From Lingula anatina (taxonomy: Eukaryota; Animalia; Brachiopoda), in NCBI GenBank assembly GCA_051362555.1, contig CM120642.1:62001-126000 (forward strand): DNA of 64,000 nucleotides. The letters run 5' to 3'. A model generated the notes under the pieces. That model was not told where the DNA came from and searched no databases. It saw nothing but the letters and a program-made list of their open reading frames with translations. This document shows positions 26,409 through 39,247 of this stretch, in pieces (position 1 is the first letter of the stretch; each line of letters starts with the position of its first letter). Position numbers and translations under genes: made by a program.

Positions 26409-27626
26409 GGCCACACTTTTTTATGGATGACATCCTGCGCGCGCACTGATTTTCGTCCGTTCTCCAAAAAAAAAAAGAAAATCCCCCCCCCCCCCCCCCC
26501 CCCCCCCCAAGGAAGTCGTTGTCGCAAAAATGTTGTTCATAATCCCCGAAGAAGGTCCAGGGGCCGAAAGCTCGGCCTGTATTCAACAACTATTATGGAG
26601 ATCTCTCTAGATGCATCAAAATATTTATACTTCTATTAGTACCAAGATCTATACGGTAAATCAACATGAATCCTCAAAGTGAATTTGCAGGAAAATGCAA
26701 TCGGCAATCCTCGGCTAATTCCGCAAGCTCCATACCGTCATTGTCGACTGCAGAGACATCCGAGTAGTTCCGAGTGCGGAAAATGAGCTTTCTGCGCATG
26801 CGTATTATCACCACGTGGAAATATGGCCGCTTTGCCGTCAAATTCATCTCTAGCATTAACTTCAAAATACACAACAATTAAAGTCATAAAGAGAACGGGG
26901 GCCGTCGTTTTGGATTGGTTTGCCATTGATATAGTACATGGAGATATCACCTTTTTACAATTATATGAAAGGCTGACCGCGGCCAGCGATCATCGCCCGG
27001 AAAATTTCAGTGACATTCTGTCCAAAGCAGCACATACCAGGTTTTTTTTTGTAGGGAAAAAAGGGTCGACAAGAGCGTCGTGGTATTTGGTGGACTGAAG
27101 GTCGGACAGGCCACCCGATAGTTGGCTGCTACGTGTGAGTCGAAGTAGACAAAATGGCATCGACCAAAATTACCTTTTTTAGATTTGGTAGTAGGAAGCA
27201 TAGGCCTATCTTTGCTTCATTTTTTTAACAATTCTGTGAAGTGTTCACAATGCTTTAATTTTCTGAGAGTACAAATAAAGACACTCTGTTTATTTGATAT
27301 TTGTTTTATTGATTGCTATACCAACAGAATGCATGAAATATCCTTAAATAGATTTGGTAATATGCAGCATAGGCCTATATATTCATGACTTTTTACCTTT
27401 CTGCGAAGTAGGCCCTATTCACAGTGCTTTAATATTTTGAGAGCATGGATAAAGACATGCTGTTAGTTTGATACGTGTTTCTGTGGTAAATTAGTGTTTC
27501 CAGCTGTGTACTGAAAACATAACTTTTCTTAAGCAGATTTTTTTTTGGACTGTTTTTTTTTCGCCCGCTCGCACCGATTTTGGGGTCCCCAGAGGATGTC
27601 ATCCATAAAAATAAAAAAGTGTGGCC
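26409..27626. mobile_element. PIF/Harbinger-like non-autonomous element
   Basis: TIRs GGCCACACTTTTT..ATGGATGACATCCT at both ends and a TTA target duplication at 26406-26408 and 27627-27629. Confidence 0.7.
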
Positions 27627-27630
27627 TTAC

Positions 27631-27811
27631 GGCCAACCTGGGCGAAGGCCTTCATTGGAATGATGTGAGTAGATGTTCACACTCACTGACCGCTAGGTAG
27701 TTGATCTACCTGACATTTATAAGAGGGTCCTGGCCGCTACACCACCTAGCGGTCAGTGAGTGTCAACATCTACTCACATCAGTCTGATAAAGGCCTTCGC
27801 CCAGGCTGGCC
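27631..27811. mobile_element. Foldback MITE with ~70-bp inverted arms
   Basis: GGCCAACCTGGGCGAAGGCCTT...TGATGTGAGTAGATGTTCACACTCACTGACCGCTAGGT paired with its near-perfect reverse complement. Confidence 0.75.
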
Positions 27812-28011
27812 TAAGCTAACGGTACGAAGATATTTCGGCTGGGTGTTTGATAACTTTCATTTATGAACTTGGACAAATGCCTAATGACAGGTACGTATTT
27901 CCTTAAAGCTGTTTTGGATTCTGCGCCCTCTTTTATTAAATATTGTAGGCGGTGTTTAATCAGAAAAAAAACCAAGAAGACTAGTTGGTGGCTTATAACT
28001 TTACTTTGACT

Positions 28012-28223
28012 GCATTCCCACAGATTTTAGATCGGATCGATCTATCCCCGTGAGGAGTCTCACTAGATTACTGTCAGCTTAGCCGCTTAAATGTCTGTCC
28101 CGCCTACTAAAAGCTGTAAGGGGGTAATTAACTTCCGCGCGCGCTCGGCTGACAGCAATTTAGCGTGAACTCCAGGGAGTTAGGTCGATCTAGATGGATC
28201 GATCTAAATTTGTGGGAATGCAA
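28012..28223. mobile_element. Palindromic MITE (related to 2286-2517)
   Basis: Termini TGCATTCCCACAGATTTTAGATCG / CGATCTAAATTTGTGGGAATGCA. Shares GATCGATC, GGGGTAATTAA and GCAATTTAGCG with 2286-2517. Confidence 0.65.
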
Positions 28224-29337
28224 TCTTTGATGGCGTCTCTATGCATAAGCTCAATTGGTGTTTCACTTACAAATGACTCTGTTTAAAACTAATTGAATTC
28301 GGCTTGGATCCAGTTTTGTCCTCCGTCACTTTTAAAAGAACTTACAGGGTAAAATATGCATAAAGTTTGTGACGTAGGGATTGGGGTTTGGCTGCCGTTT
28401 CCGTGTGGTAGTCAAAAAAGTATAAAAAGAGACCGATCGCTCTTTAGGAGCACGTGTCCACTTATTCAATGACGTAAATAGCGCTTCACACACAGGCAGC
28501 TCCACGTACCCCGTGGTGTTGTTAGCTGTGGGGTTTAAATGAAGTCACGTTTGAAAGCAGAAATTAAAATATCTCAACATAGGCCTATCATCGGTTAAAA
28601 GTAAAAAACAACCGCAACTTAAAAACAAACTCGTTGATAACTTAATATTTGGTGGAGGGCCTATAAAATTTTTGAAACCCTAAAAATCAATTGATAACGT
28701 ACTTTATCCACCCTAGATGTCCACCCTGGATGTCTAGTGACTATCGATGAACTCACTTATCGTTAAGCCTATATGATTCTCAAAACCAAAAGATAAAGTA
28801 AGCCCCTACTGGAAGATAAACCCAACGCGTGGCTTACTTTCAAAATTGGTATTTTACGTTGTTAGAAAGTTAATGTTTTCATTAATAAGCTGAAAGTTAA
28901 TATTATCGCAATAAACGTGCGCGCATGCAGAGAAGTTGATGCACACTTTAGATCATGTATGAGTGAATCTAACTCAAATCCTATAAAATATACTACATAG
29001 TACATACGTAAGATGGAAAATTTTAAATTAAAAATATGTAAATACATTATGATATGTTAAGATTAATTCAAACTAAGAAGAAAGCATTTTTTATAACAAC
29101 TAATCAGTTCGCACCACACATATTATGAAGATGTAACGTTGGGAAATAATATTGAAAAGTTAGGGCCTAACGTTAAAAAACTGTAGAATAAGGAGGCTTG
29201 TCTTGTGCAGCAGCGCCATCTACAGTAGATGCGTAATTTAAGACCACTTCCTGTTTCCTTCTTTCACCCATTTCATATCCCATCGGCCGATTTTGAAAAC
29301 ATAGAAGAAAAGTGACTTAAATTCGCCAAAGTGTGTT

Positions 29338-31918
29338 ATGGCAGAAGGCGAAACGTCTGGACAGACTGTAGCCGTCACTCAGACAGTCACGGACACGGGG
29401 GCCAAGGTAAGAGTGGTGTTGTCAAGGGGGTTGAACTCCACAAGACGAAAGTACTCAGTACGGTACAGACGGTACAGTATGCTGAGCTTACTTATGACCC
29501 GAATTTGACGATTTTTGTGCGCATCGAAACTGGGACATTCGTCAGCTCAGCATCTGTGTTATATATTTCATTGGCAAGGTATGTTACTATTCGTTTTAAA
29601 TTTTAAGTGTAATTATGTGAAAAAGACGAAATGCTGGAGTTATTAATAAACTCAGTGTACTTTTGTCATTGGGGAGTTCACCCCAGGGCCCCTTGGATAT
29701 TTAATCTTTGTCCGGTTAATATTATACCGGTAATGCTGTATTGTACTGGGCACAATCTGTATGCATCATAATTGGAATTGACCACAGTGATTACAGCAAG
29801 ATTAAAAGAGGTGTAAGGCAAGGGGGTAATATTACCCCCCCCCCCCCCCCCCCCCACCGATCTTTTTAACATATGGAGTGATCATAAGAAAATAAACCAA
29901 TAAGAAAAATATGCTGTTCGAGGCAGGGACATCAGAAACATGAGATATGCTGATGTTAGGGCTTCCAGCACAAGATTGCAAGAGAAACCACAGGCACTAT
30001 TAAATAAATAGAGATGAAAGCAGACAAATGGGCCATTCAATAAATTGCAAGAAAACCAAATGCATAGTTTTTAGTAAGAAAAAGCAACACCCCTACCTAT
30101 GAATTGGAAGATGGCAACAATATGTGAGACAGAAATCAGTAAAAACTAAAAGAAGAATGGACAAAGCATTTGTTTCAGAAAATGTATAAGATACTCAAAG
30201 ATGGGGAAATGAAGTTGAAAAAAAATTCAGAGTGCTATTATTCTGTAGTGACCTATGACAGTGAGTGCTGGAATATATCCAATGCAACAGTAGAAAGATT
30301 GCAGGCTGTAGAAATGGGATTCATGAAGATGATGCTAAGAATAATGTGGATTGAATATATCAACAATGTTCAAATAAGTCCTAGAAAGAACTGGGAGGGA
30401 AAGAAGTTTGCTTAGAACAATAAGAAAGAGACATTTGGATTTATGGGGCTTAAAGAAATTTTCAGTTTATATGAAATATGGAATAAGATATAACTCCATG
30501 TCCTTAATAATATATCAGTGGGGGTATAGATATATCTTAATTTTTGTTAATTCTTTTGCTTAGCTTTAATATTGTGAACTGGCAGACATGGGTGGTTATA
30601 ATATATATGAGTGTTGTGTGCAATAGTTCAAGTACAAAGTATAAAAAAAAAATATTGCTTTCTTTTTACATATTTATTTATTTTATAATAGAGCCCTTCA
30701 CTGGTATTGAAGTTGAAGAAACCAAAGAATGACAAGAAAGTGAAATGGACAACAGGGACAGTGGACAATGAACATATGGGAAAGAAAAAATCCAAATGTA
30801 AGTAATAACTGCAACATAGTCAATGAACATATGGGAAAGAAAAAATCCAAATGTAAGTAATAACTGCAACATAGTCAATGAACATATGGGAAAGAAAAAG
30901 ATCCAAATGTAAGTAATAACTGCAACATAGACAATGAACATATGGGAAAGAAAAAATCCAAATGTAAGTAATAACTGCAACATAAACAATGAACATATGG
31001 GAAAGAAAAAATCCAAATGTAAGTAATAACTGCAACATAGTCAATGAACATATGGGAAAGAAAAAATACAAATGTAATTAATAACTGCAACATAAACAGT
31101 GAACACTCAGTATTTGAACAACTAACCACTGGCTTAATACAGGTCAAGAAAATTTATTTTCATCCCTTAGGACAAAAGACTCCATCACCCTATGGGCTCC
31201 TGTTAAACATTGTAGCAAACATGTTCTCTGTGTCTTAATGTGACGTCAAATGGTCTTCACCTAAACCTCTGTTAAGTCTGTGTTAAATGTTAAGCTCAAA
31301 ACTTGTTAGTCTTAATTTACCAATTCAGGTTAAATGTTTTAAACATGGCATATTTTAGTCATAATATGGATATTTATCATGGAGCTAGAACTTTAAAGAC
31401 AACACTTTGGTACTTTGCCTAGCACCATATAAAATATTTCAGTATACTACTAACAGGAATGATTTACATTCATTTTCTCATCTCCATGTTCAGGTTGTTG
31501 CATTTATGAAAAGCCAAAAATATTTGGGGAAGATTCCTCCTCTGATTCCGACTCAGACGGTGAATGTGATCATTGCAGAGGCCACACTCCAAAGGACTTC
31601 ACACAAAAAGGAGGTTAGGATTTGAAATTGTCTGCATATTGTACCATAGTCCATGCAGCTCAACCAATTAGAACAGTCTACATATATCATTTCAAAATCC
31701 ATACATCTCAGCCAATTAATTGGACCATTTTATTTAGTTACATGGAAATATGGTTTGTTTAAGAAGTATATGAAAATTCAAATAGAGAACACTGTACGAT
31801 AACAACAAAAGAAAAGTTTTAATTATTGGTCATGCTATATCATGTAGGTGTTTTCAAGTTCCCTTTTGTTATAATTATCAAAGTTTTTGCTTTGTTTTCA
31901 GACCCAGGAGACACTTAG
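29338..31918 (+). CDS. PPP1R11: Protein phosphatase 1 regulatory subunit 11 (inhibitor-3), 4 exons, ~103 aa
   Basis: Exons 29338-29406, 30692-30797, 31494-31613, 31902-31918. Spliced product [89 protein letters not shown]... contains the RVxF-type KKVKW motif, VDNEHMG and CCCIYEKP, which typify inhibitor-3. It is not visible in the ORF track. The last micro-exon is less certain. Confidence 0.92.
29920..30450 (+). mobile_element. Degenerate RTE-like LINE 3' fragment in PPP1R11 intron 1
   Basis: AGATATGCTGATG (RYAD[D] reverse transcriptase motif) and [37 protein letters not shown], resembling the RTE C-terminal motif YGCExW...RLEAFEMWCYRRMLRISW. Contains frameshifts. Confidence 0.7.
30766..31104 (+). 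repeat. 55-bp x ~6 minisatellite spanning the PPP1R11 exon 2 donor
   Basis: Unit CAATGAACATATGGGAAAGAAAAAATCCAAAT|GTAAGTAATAACTGCAACATAGT. The first copy is the true exon end. Confidence 0.92.
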
Positions 31919-33114
31919 CCAGGAAACCATAACAACAGTGAAGGGGTGTGGCCTGTCTGTCGATTGAACAGTGGGCATGGCCTGTCTGTTGATTGAAAAG
32001 TGGGTGTGGCCTGTCTGCAGATTCAATAGTGGGTGTGGCCTGTCTGTTGATATCAACTTGCTGTATCTCATTTTGTATATATTACATAGAAGTACGTTGA
32101 GGTGAATTGTACATAAAAAGTCTGCAGATTATATGACTGCTTTATGAAGAACAAGTACTTTATTGGTTTGATATTAAAATTTAAATGGTTTCATAGAGTT
32201 TGAGACAGGATGTGTGCTGTATATCAGGGAAAAAATCTTGCTATACTAGTTTAAAATGTCCACTGTGTTGTCAGCAGGAAATCATTTCACCAGTTAAAGA
32301 TATCTACTGTGTTAATTACAGCTGGCTTCATTGTCCAGAGCTGCGGCAGATTTGTGATTGGCTGATTTGGTACTGTACTCTTCAAAGTCTCTTTAAAACA
32401 CGATTGCTTACTGCTCACCAAACATAACTTTTTGCAGGTGTAGAATCTCATAAGAGCTTTAAGTGCAGTGAATGAAGTGCTATAATAACTATTACACACC
32501 AAATTGTTAGAGATTGACTATTACACACCAAAACAATTGCAAACATGTATATAATTTGTAAATATCATTGGAAAAAAAGGGGTTAGAGGTAAAAGTTTGG
32601 AAACAATTGTCATATAAACAGTTGATTACTTTTCATCATATGTCATAGTTTGCAGATACATTTCATCTGATAAAATTACAAAATCTTGTAAAAAAATGTT
32701 TAAAGTGTTATCTGTTGAATTTATTTTTAATGGATGAACATAGTATCAGCTGCCCTCCTTTGACTGTATTTTGAAGAATCTTTCATTTAAAACTTGTGTT
32801 TAAAAGGATCTCAGCTGACACATGTACTTCTGTTAATTTATTATTATTATTATTATTTATTTATTTTTTGTAAATAAGCCTATTGTAATGGATGTAATCA
32901 GTGAATAAAAGTAAAAACTGGATGTTACATATATTTGAGTATTGGATATTTCTTCATCAGTCTGTCCTTACATCCACACACATATATGTACATGCCTGAA
33001 CATATAAATCAGCGTTTGAACTGATGATTTTTGCAACCATTCCACTGCAGGAAAAATAATGGATCAACAAAAATTTGAATAAAGATGTGGTGGCACTTGG
33101 AAAATTATGCCAAG

Positions 33115-33386
33115 CAGGGCCGTAGCCGGAGTAAAATGCCAGGGGGGGGCAGTAAGCGGACACGAGGGGGCTTCGCCCCCGACGGGGGAGGGTGTGGGAG
33201 GGGGTGTCACCCTCCCAGGGTGTGGAAAATTTTTAAAAACTGTATGTATAATACTGCATTCTGGCGCATTTTAACTGTTATTTATTGCTCAATCAGAATT
33301 ATTATTTTTTTTTTACCTTTGCGATTATTTTTTTTTTGCACCTCAAATCCCAGGGGGGGCAGCTGCCCCCCCGGAGGCTACGGCCA
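33115..33386. mobile_element. GC-rich MITE
   Basis: Inverted termini GGCCGTAGCC / GGCTACGGCC with G-run-rich subtermini. Confidence 0.55.
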
Positions 33387-33794
33387 TTCCAAGTTATTTC
33401 CCATTTTAATCTGTGCCACGTGCATGTGTGCATCAAATAAAGTTTTGATTATGAGGATTCCCCACCTAAAGGGTGGTGATACAAGCAGTTGGATGAGCAA
33501 TTCATCAACAATTTAGTAATTCATTAATTTATTTTATTTATTTATTTATTTATTTTCTTGCTTTCCAGTCCAGGAGAGGGTAACTTGATGTTGACAATGT
33601 AATGAAGGTAGTGAGTCTGATCATGAATTTATCTGATCAACATGATTGCGTTGCTTTTCAAAAATGAATCTTCAGCTAAAATATACCATCCATGCATTTG
33701 TGAGATACTAGTATGATGATTTGTGAGGCGTATTTTTCAAAAGGCAAAGAAAAAAGAATTTCAAAGTAACCAGGAATCCTTAGGCCTGCTAAAC

Positions 33795-34228
33795 TGTCCT
33801 GTGTGACCTCTGTCAGTGTCCTGTGTGACCTCTGTCAGTGTCCTGTGTGACCTGTCAGTGTCCTGTGTGACCTCTGTCAGTGTCCTGTGTGACCTGTCAG
33901 TGTCCTTTGTGGCCTCTGTCAGTGTCCTGTGTGACCTCTGTCAGTGTCCTGTGTGGCCTCTGTCAGTGTCCTTTGTGGCCCCTGCCAGTGTCCTGTTTTA
34001 CCTCTGTCAGTGTCCTTTGTGGCCTCTGTCAGTGTCCTGTGTGACCTCTGTCAGTGTCCTGTGTGGCCTCTGTCAGTGTCCTTTGTGACCCCTGTCAGTG
34101 TCCTGTGTGACCTGTCAGTGTCCTTTGTGGCCCCTGCCAGTGTCCTGTTTTACCTCTGTCACTGTCCCGTGTGACCTCTGGCAGTGTCCCGTGTGGCCTC
34201 TGACAGTGTCCCGTGTGGCCTCTGACAG
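33795..34228. repeat. 20/22-bp minisatellite (~20 copies)
   Basis: TGTCCTGTGTGACCTCTGTCAG variants. Confidence 0.9.
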
Positions 34229-35093
34229 TATCCTTTACTGTGTGACAGCCAGCCAAAACAGAAAGGCAGCCTTTGTTTGTAAACAGCAAACTCCATGGCA
34301 TAGATTGTCTTTGTAAAATGCCAGATAGGCAGCATATTTCTTCTCTGAGCAACTGTGACACCTAGGATGATGTCCACTGATATCACTAACTCAATATCGG
34401 CTGGTGTGCAGAAGTTGAAATTGTCATGAAATAAGTTACATTTGAAAAAAAAAAAAAAAAGGACACTGCTTACAGCTTTACATCATGTTTTATTTTGGCA
34501 AATAACATAAACACCTTTACTGCGCGAGCTCCGTAGTATCGCTGGTAAGCATTTTACCCACTAGGATGCCAAGACAGTCTCTTTCGCTGCTGGGATAACA
34601 AGTAAGGCTTGTCTCGTCAACTCAATTTAATAATGTTCTCACCTGCACAGATCACGTGTGTGAAAATATTTGAATTGAATATGTATCATAAGAACGAGAA
34701 ATAAATTCCGGTAAGTTAAATGATAACATATTCAACGTTAACTAGTGCTGAGTAATTTCAGCCTAGCTCTTTCATCTCTGACAACGTAGCCTTGACGTTT
34801 TTTTTTATGTCGCTACTAATTGTACTATGTAATACTACAGTTTGAGAAAAAAGTGCGTGCCAGAGGTTGAAAAGACAGACTGTAATAGTGTATGTACATG
34901 TAGATTAATTTAGTATTCCTGCAACCTTTCATGCGTCCACTGTGCCATAAACGTTATTTTTAAAATTATTTTTTTTTTATTGACGTTAGTACCATTTCGT
35001 TCTTAGCACTAAAAGTATATCTGATCCAGTGTCATACTGTAATCTGTACACCCCCTCCATCACAGCCCCTGCCCGGTCAGTCCACACCATGAG

Positions 35094-38000
35094 ATGACCA
35101 CAAAGAGGAACATCACCAGACTGGTGAGGTACATAGAGGAGGACAGGGTACACAGGCTGAAGTCTTATGTGAAGAAACACAGTAACATAGATGTCAGCAC
35201 AATACGGCTGGACCATGACAGGACTTTGCTCCACCTGGCTTGCCTGGGGGGCCACGATGCTTGTATTAGGTACTGTAGGAATGTGTGTGTGTGTATGTGT
35301 GTGTGTGACCACAATGCCTGCATAAGTGCTATAGGGATGGGTGCGTGTGTGCGTGTGCATGCATGTGTGTGTATCTGGGAGACCAAGTTGTATTTGGTAC
35401 TGTAGATATGAATGTTTGCAATATTTTGTGTTTTAAAGAGGTGAATTAAGATATATGTGTATATATATATTGTTTAACATGCAGGTTATGTTCTCATCTT
35501 GTGAAAATGAAGTTATCAGAATCTTTTGTTTAACATGCAGGTTATGTTCTCATCTTGTGAAAATGAAGTTATCAGAATCTTTTGTTTAACATGCAGGTTA
35601 TGTTCTCATCTTGTGAAAATGAAGTTATCAGAATCTTTTGTTTAACATGCAGGTTATGGTCTCATCTTGTGAAAATGAAGTTATCAGAATCTTTTGTTTA
35701 ACATGCAGGTTATGTTCTCATCTTGTGAAAATGAAGTTATCAGAATCTTTTGTTTAACATGCAGGTTATGTTCTCATCTTGTGAAAATGAAGTTATCAGA
35801 ATCTTTTGTTTAACATGCAGGTTATGTTCTCATCTTGTGAAAATGAAGTTATCAGAATCTTTTGTTTAACATGCAGGTTATGGTCTCATCTTGTGAAAAT
35901 GAAGTTATCAGAATCTTTTGTTGCAAGGAGGAAACTACAGGGTCTAAAGAGGTAGATAGTGTTGCTTAATGAGACCATATCAATTTTCAGGTTTTTATTG
36001 AAGAAAGGGGTGGATCCCTTGCTATGTGATGCAGATGGAAACCTGGGGATTCACCTTGCTGCTATTTATGCCACAAAAACAGGGAATTCATATGGTAAGT
36101 CTAGGCATGATGATCTCACTACTGATAATCACTCTTATCATTGTTTTAGAAAGAATTAAAAAAACCTTTTTTGTTTGAAAGTATTTTGATTAACTTGTAT
36201 TGTTTAGTTTTAATAACTTGTATATTAGTTTTTAATTTATTTGTGTAGTTTTAAGTTTTAATGTACATATTTGAACAGCGCTGAGTTGCATGTGTAATGC
36301 AGTTTTAAGAAATGAATTATTTTTATTCTTATATTAATTTGCAAAGAAAAGAAAATCATAACTCAAGTATATTGACTTATTTACATTAATTAGGTTTGGT
36401 ATTCTAAACATTTCAGTGTATACAGACCTTGTACTTCCACTGATCAAGGCATGTTCACATTCACTAGATGTGGCCAACAACAGAGGCGTCACAGCCAGAG
36501 AGCTGTTAGTTGATGTGAAAACACGGCTAAGACACCATGTAACCCAGGTATAGTAGTTCATAGGCTAAGACACCATGTAACCCAGGTACAGTAGTTCATA
36601 GGCTAAGACACCATGTAACCCAGGTACAGTAGTTCATAGGCTAAGACACCATGTAACCCAGGTACAGTAGTTCATAGGCTAAGACACCATGTAGCCCAGG
36701 TACAGCAGTTCATAGGCTAAGACACCATGTAACCCAGGTACAGTAGTTCATAGGCTAAGACACCATGTAGCCCAGGTACAGCAGTTCATAGGCTAAGACA
36801 CCATGTAACCCAGGTACAGTAGTTCATAGGCTAAGACACCATGTAGCCCAGGTGCAGCAGTTCATAGGCTAAGACACCATGTAACCCAGGTGCAGCAGTT
36901 CATAGGCTAAGACACCATGTAACCCAGGTACAGCAGTTCATAGGCTAAGACACCATGTAGCCCAGGTACAGCAGTTCATAGGCTAAGACACCATGTAACC
37001 CAGGTGCAGTAGTTCATAGGCTAAGACACCATGTAGCCCAGGTGCAGCAGTTCATAGGCTAAGACACCATGTAGCCCAGGTACAGCAGTTCATAGGCTAA
37101 GACACCATGTAACCCAGGTACAGTAGTTCATAGGCTAAGACACCATGTAGCCCAGGTACAGCAGTTCATAGGCTAAGACACCATGTAACCCAGGTACAGT
37201 AGTTCATAGGCTAAGACACCATGTAGCCCAGGTGCAGCAGTTCATAGGCTAAGACACCATGTAACCCAGGTGCAGCAGTTCATAGGCTAAGACACCATGT
37301 AACCCAGGTACAGCAGTTCATAGGCTAAGACACCATGTAGCCCAGGTACAGCAGTTCATAGGCTAAGACACCATGTAACCCAGGTGCAGTAGTTCATAGG
37401 CTAAGACACCATGTAGCCCAGGTGCAGCAGTTCATAGGCTAAGACACCATGTAACCCAGGTACAGCAGTTCATAGGCTAAGACACCATGTAGCCCAGGTA
37501 CAGCAGTTCATAGGCTAAGACACCATGTAACCCAGGTGCAGTAGTTCATAGGCTAAGACACCATGTAGCCCAGGTGCAGCAGTTCATAGGCTAAGACACC
37601 ATGTAACCCAGGTACAGTAGTTCATAGGCTAAGACACCATGTAACCCAGGTACAGTAGTTCATAGGCTAAGACACCATGTAACCCAGGTACAGTAGTTCA
37701 TAGGCTAAGACACCATGTAGCCCAGGTACAGTAGTTCATAGGCTAAGACACCATGTAACCCAGGTAACGACAGAAAACATCAGATAGCTGACAATGTAAA
37801 CTTGAAAATCTGACCGTCTTCCAGAAGACCCAGAAGACGGCCTAAATCCGCCCCTGATGTAGCCCAGGTACAGCAGTTCATAGGCTAAGACACCATGTAA
37901 CCCAGGTACAGCAGTTCATAGGCTAAGACACCATGTAACCCAGGTACAGTAGTTCATAGGCTAAGACACCATGTAACCCAGGTGCAGTAGTTCATAGGCT

Positions 38001-39195
38001 AAGACACCATGTAGCCCAGGTACAGTAGTTCATAGGCTAAGACACCATGTAACCCAGGTACAGTAGTTCATAGGCTAAGACACCATGTAACCCAGGTACA
38101 GCAGTTCATAGGCTAAGACACCATGTAACCCAGGTACAGCAGTTCATAGGCTAAGACACCATGTAACCCAGGTGCAGTAGTTCATAGGCTAAGACACCAT
38201 GTAACCCAGGTACAGTAGGCTGAGATGCCTTCATAATCTTTTATATGTTGAATCATACGCTAACTGGGTCAGTAATGATCAATTTGAAAGTAATGTATTA
38301 TTAATAGGTTTTGCATACCTTGTCAGAATTATGTTAATTATAAATAAATTAATGCCCAAGACTTGTGATAATTTGACTGTTTATCAAAATGAGAGTACAA
38401 GGCAGCAAAGCTGTCAAATGTACAGACAAAAAACAGAAAATAAAGATGCAAAATAGGTCATTTTGTCAATTTTGATGCAATAATAAATAATGCTTATAAT
38501 AGCACTGTCAGTCAACACTGAATTTTAATCATGCACAACAGGTAAAATGGTCAATAACATGAGCGGACCCAGAGATATTTTCTGACAGTATTCCAAAGTA
38601 TCTATTTTGATCCATCCTCCATTTCGATGGTCTTCCAACAGAAGAAAAAATAGATACCAGGCAATATAAACTTAATAACCTGACTGTCTTCCGGAAGTCC
38701 CAGAAGATGGTCTCAATCTACCCTTTCAATAAGATTACAGTTTCAGGACCATGAGAGTTCAAATTCACATGATGTAAGTATCAATATTTGAAAAATGATG
38801 ACAGTGCATAAAATAATATTACATAAGTAACATAATGTTTAAAGACATAAAAAACAATACAACTGCTTATGTGGAAAAACAGAAATGTCAGAGTCTCAGG
38901 CGGATGAGAGTTTAAAGTCACAAATGCAAGTGTTTGAGAAAAAATTATAAAGGAAAACAACAAAACTAGAAAAGCACTCCGAGAGTGCAGACCTCTGCCA
39001 AGGTAGCAATTGTTGATTATTATTGATTTTTGTCCTCTTTGGCCCACTTCTGACAGTTCCTGAAAATTTCAGCAAAATCGGTCCATAACTTTTTGAGTTA
39101 TGTTGATGACAAACAGGGGTGAAAATATAACCTCCTTGGCAGAGGTAAATATAATTCCAATGAAGCTGTTATTCAAACTTTTAATCTTTCAGTTT

Positions 39196-39247
<52 letters not shown>

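Noticed and set aside
36525-38218. CRISPR-like appearance of the regular 38-63 bp arrays
   Set aside because: The units are contiguous with no unique spacers, there are no cas genes, and the context is eukaryotic and intronic.
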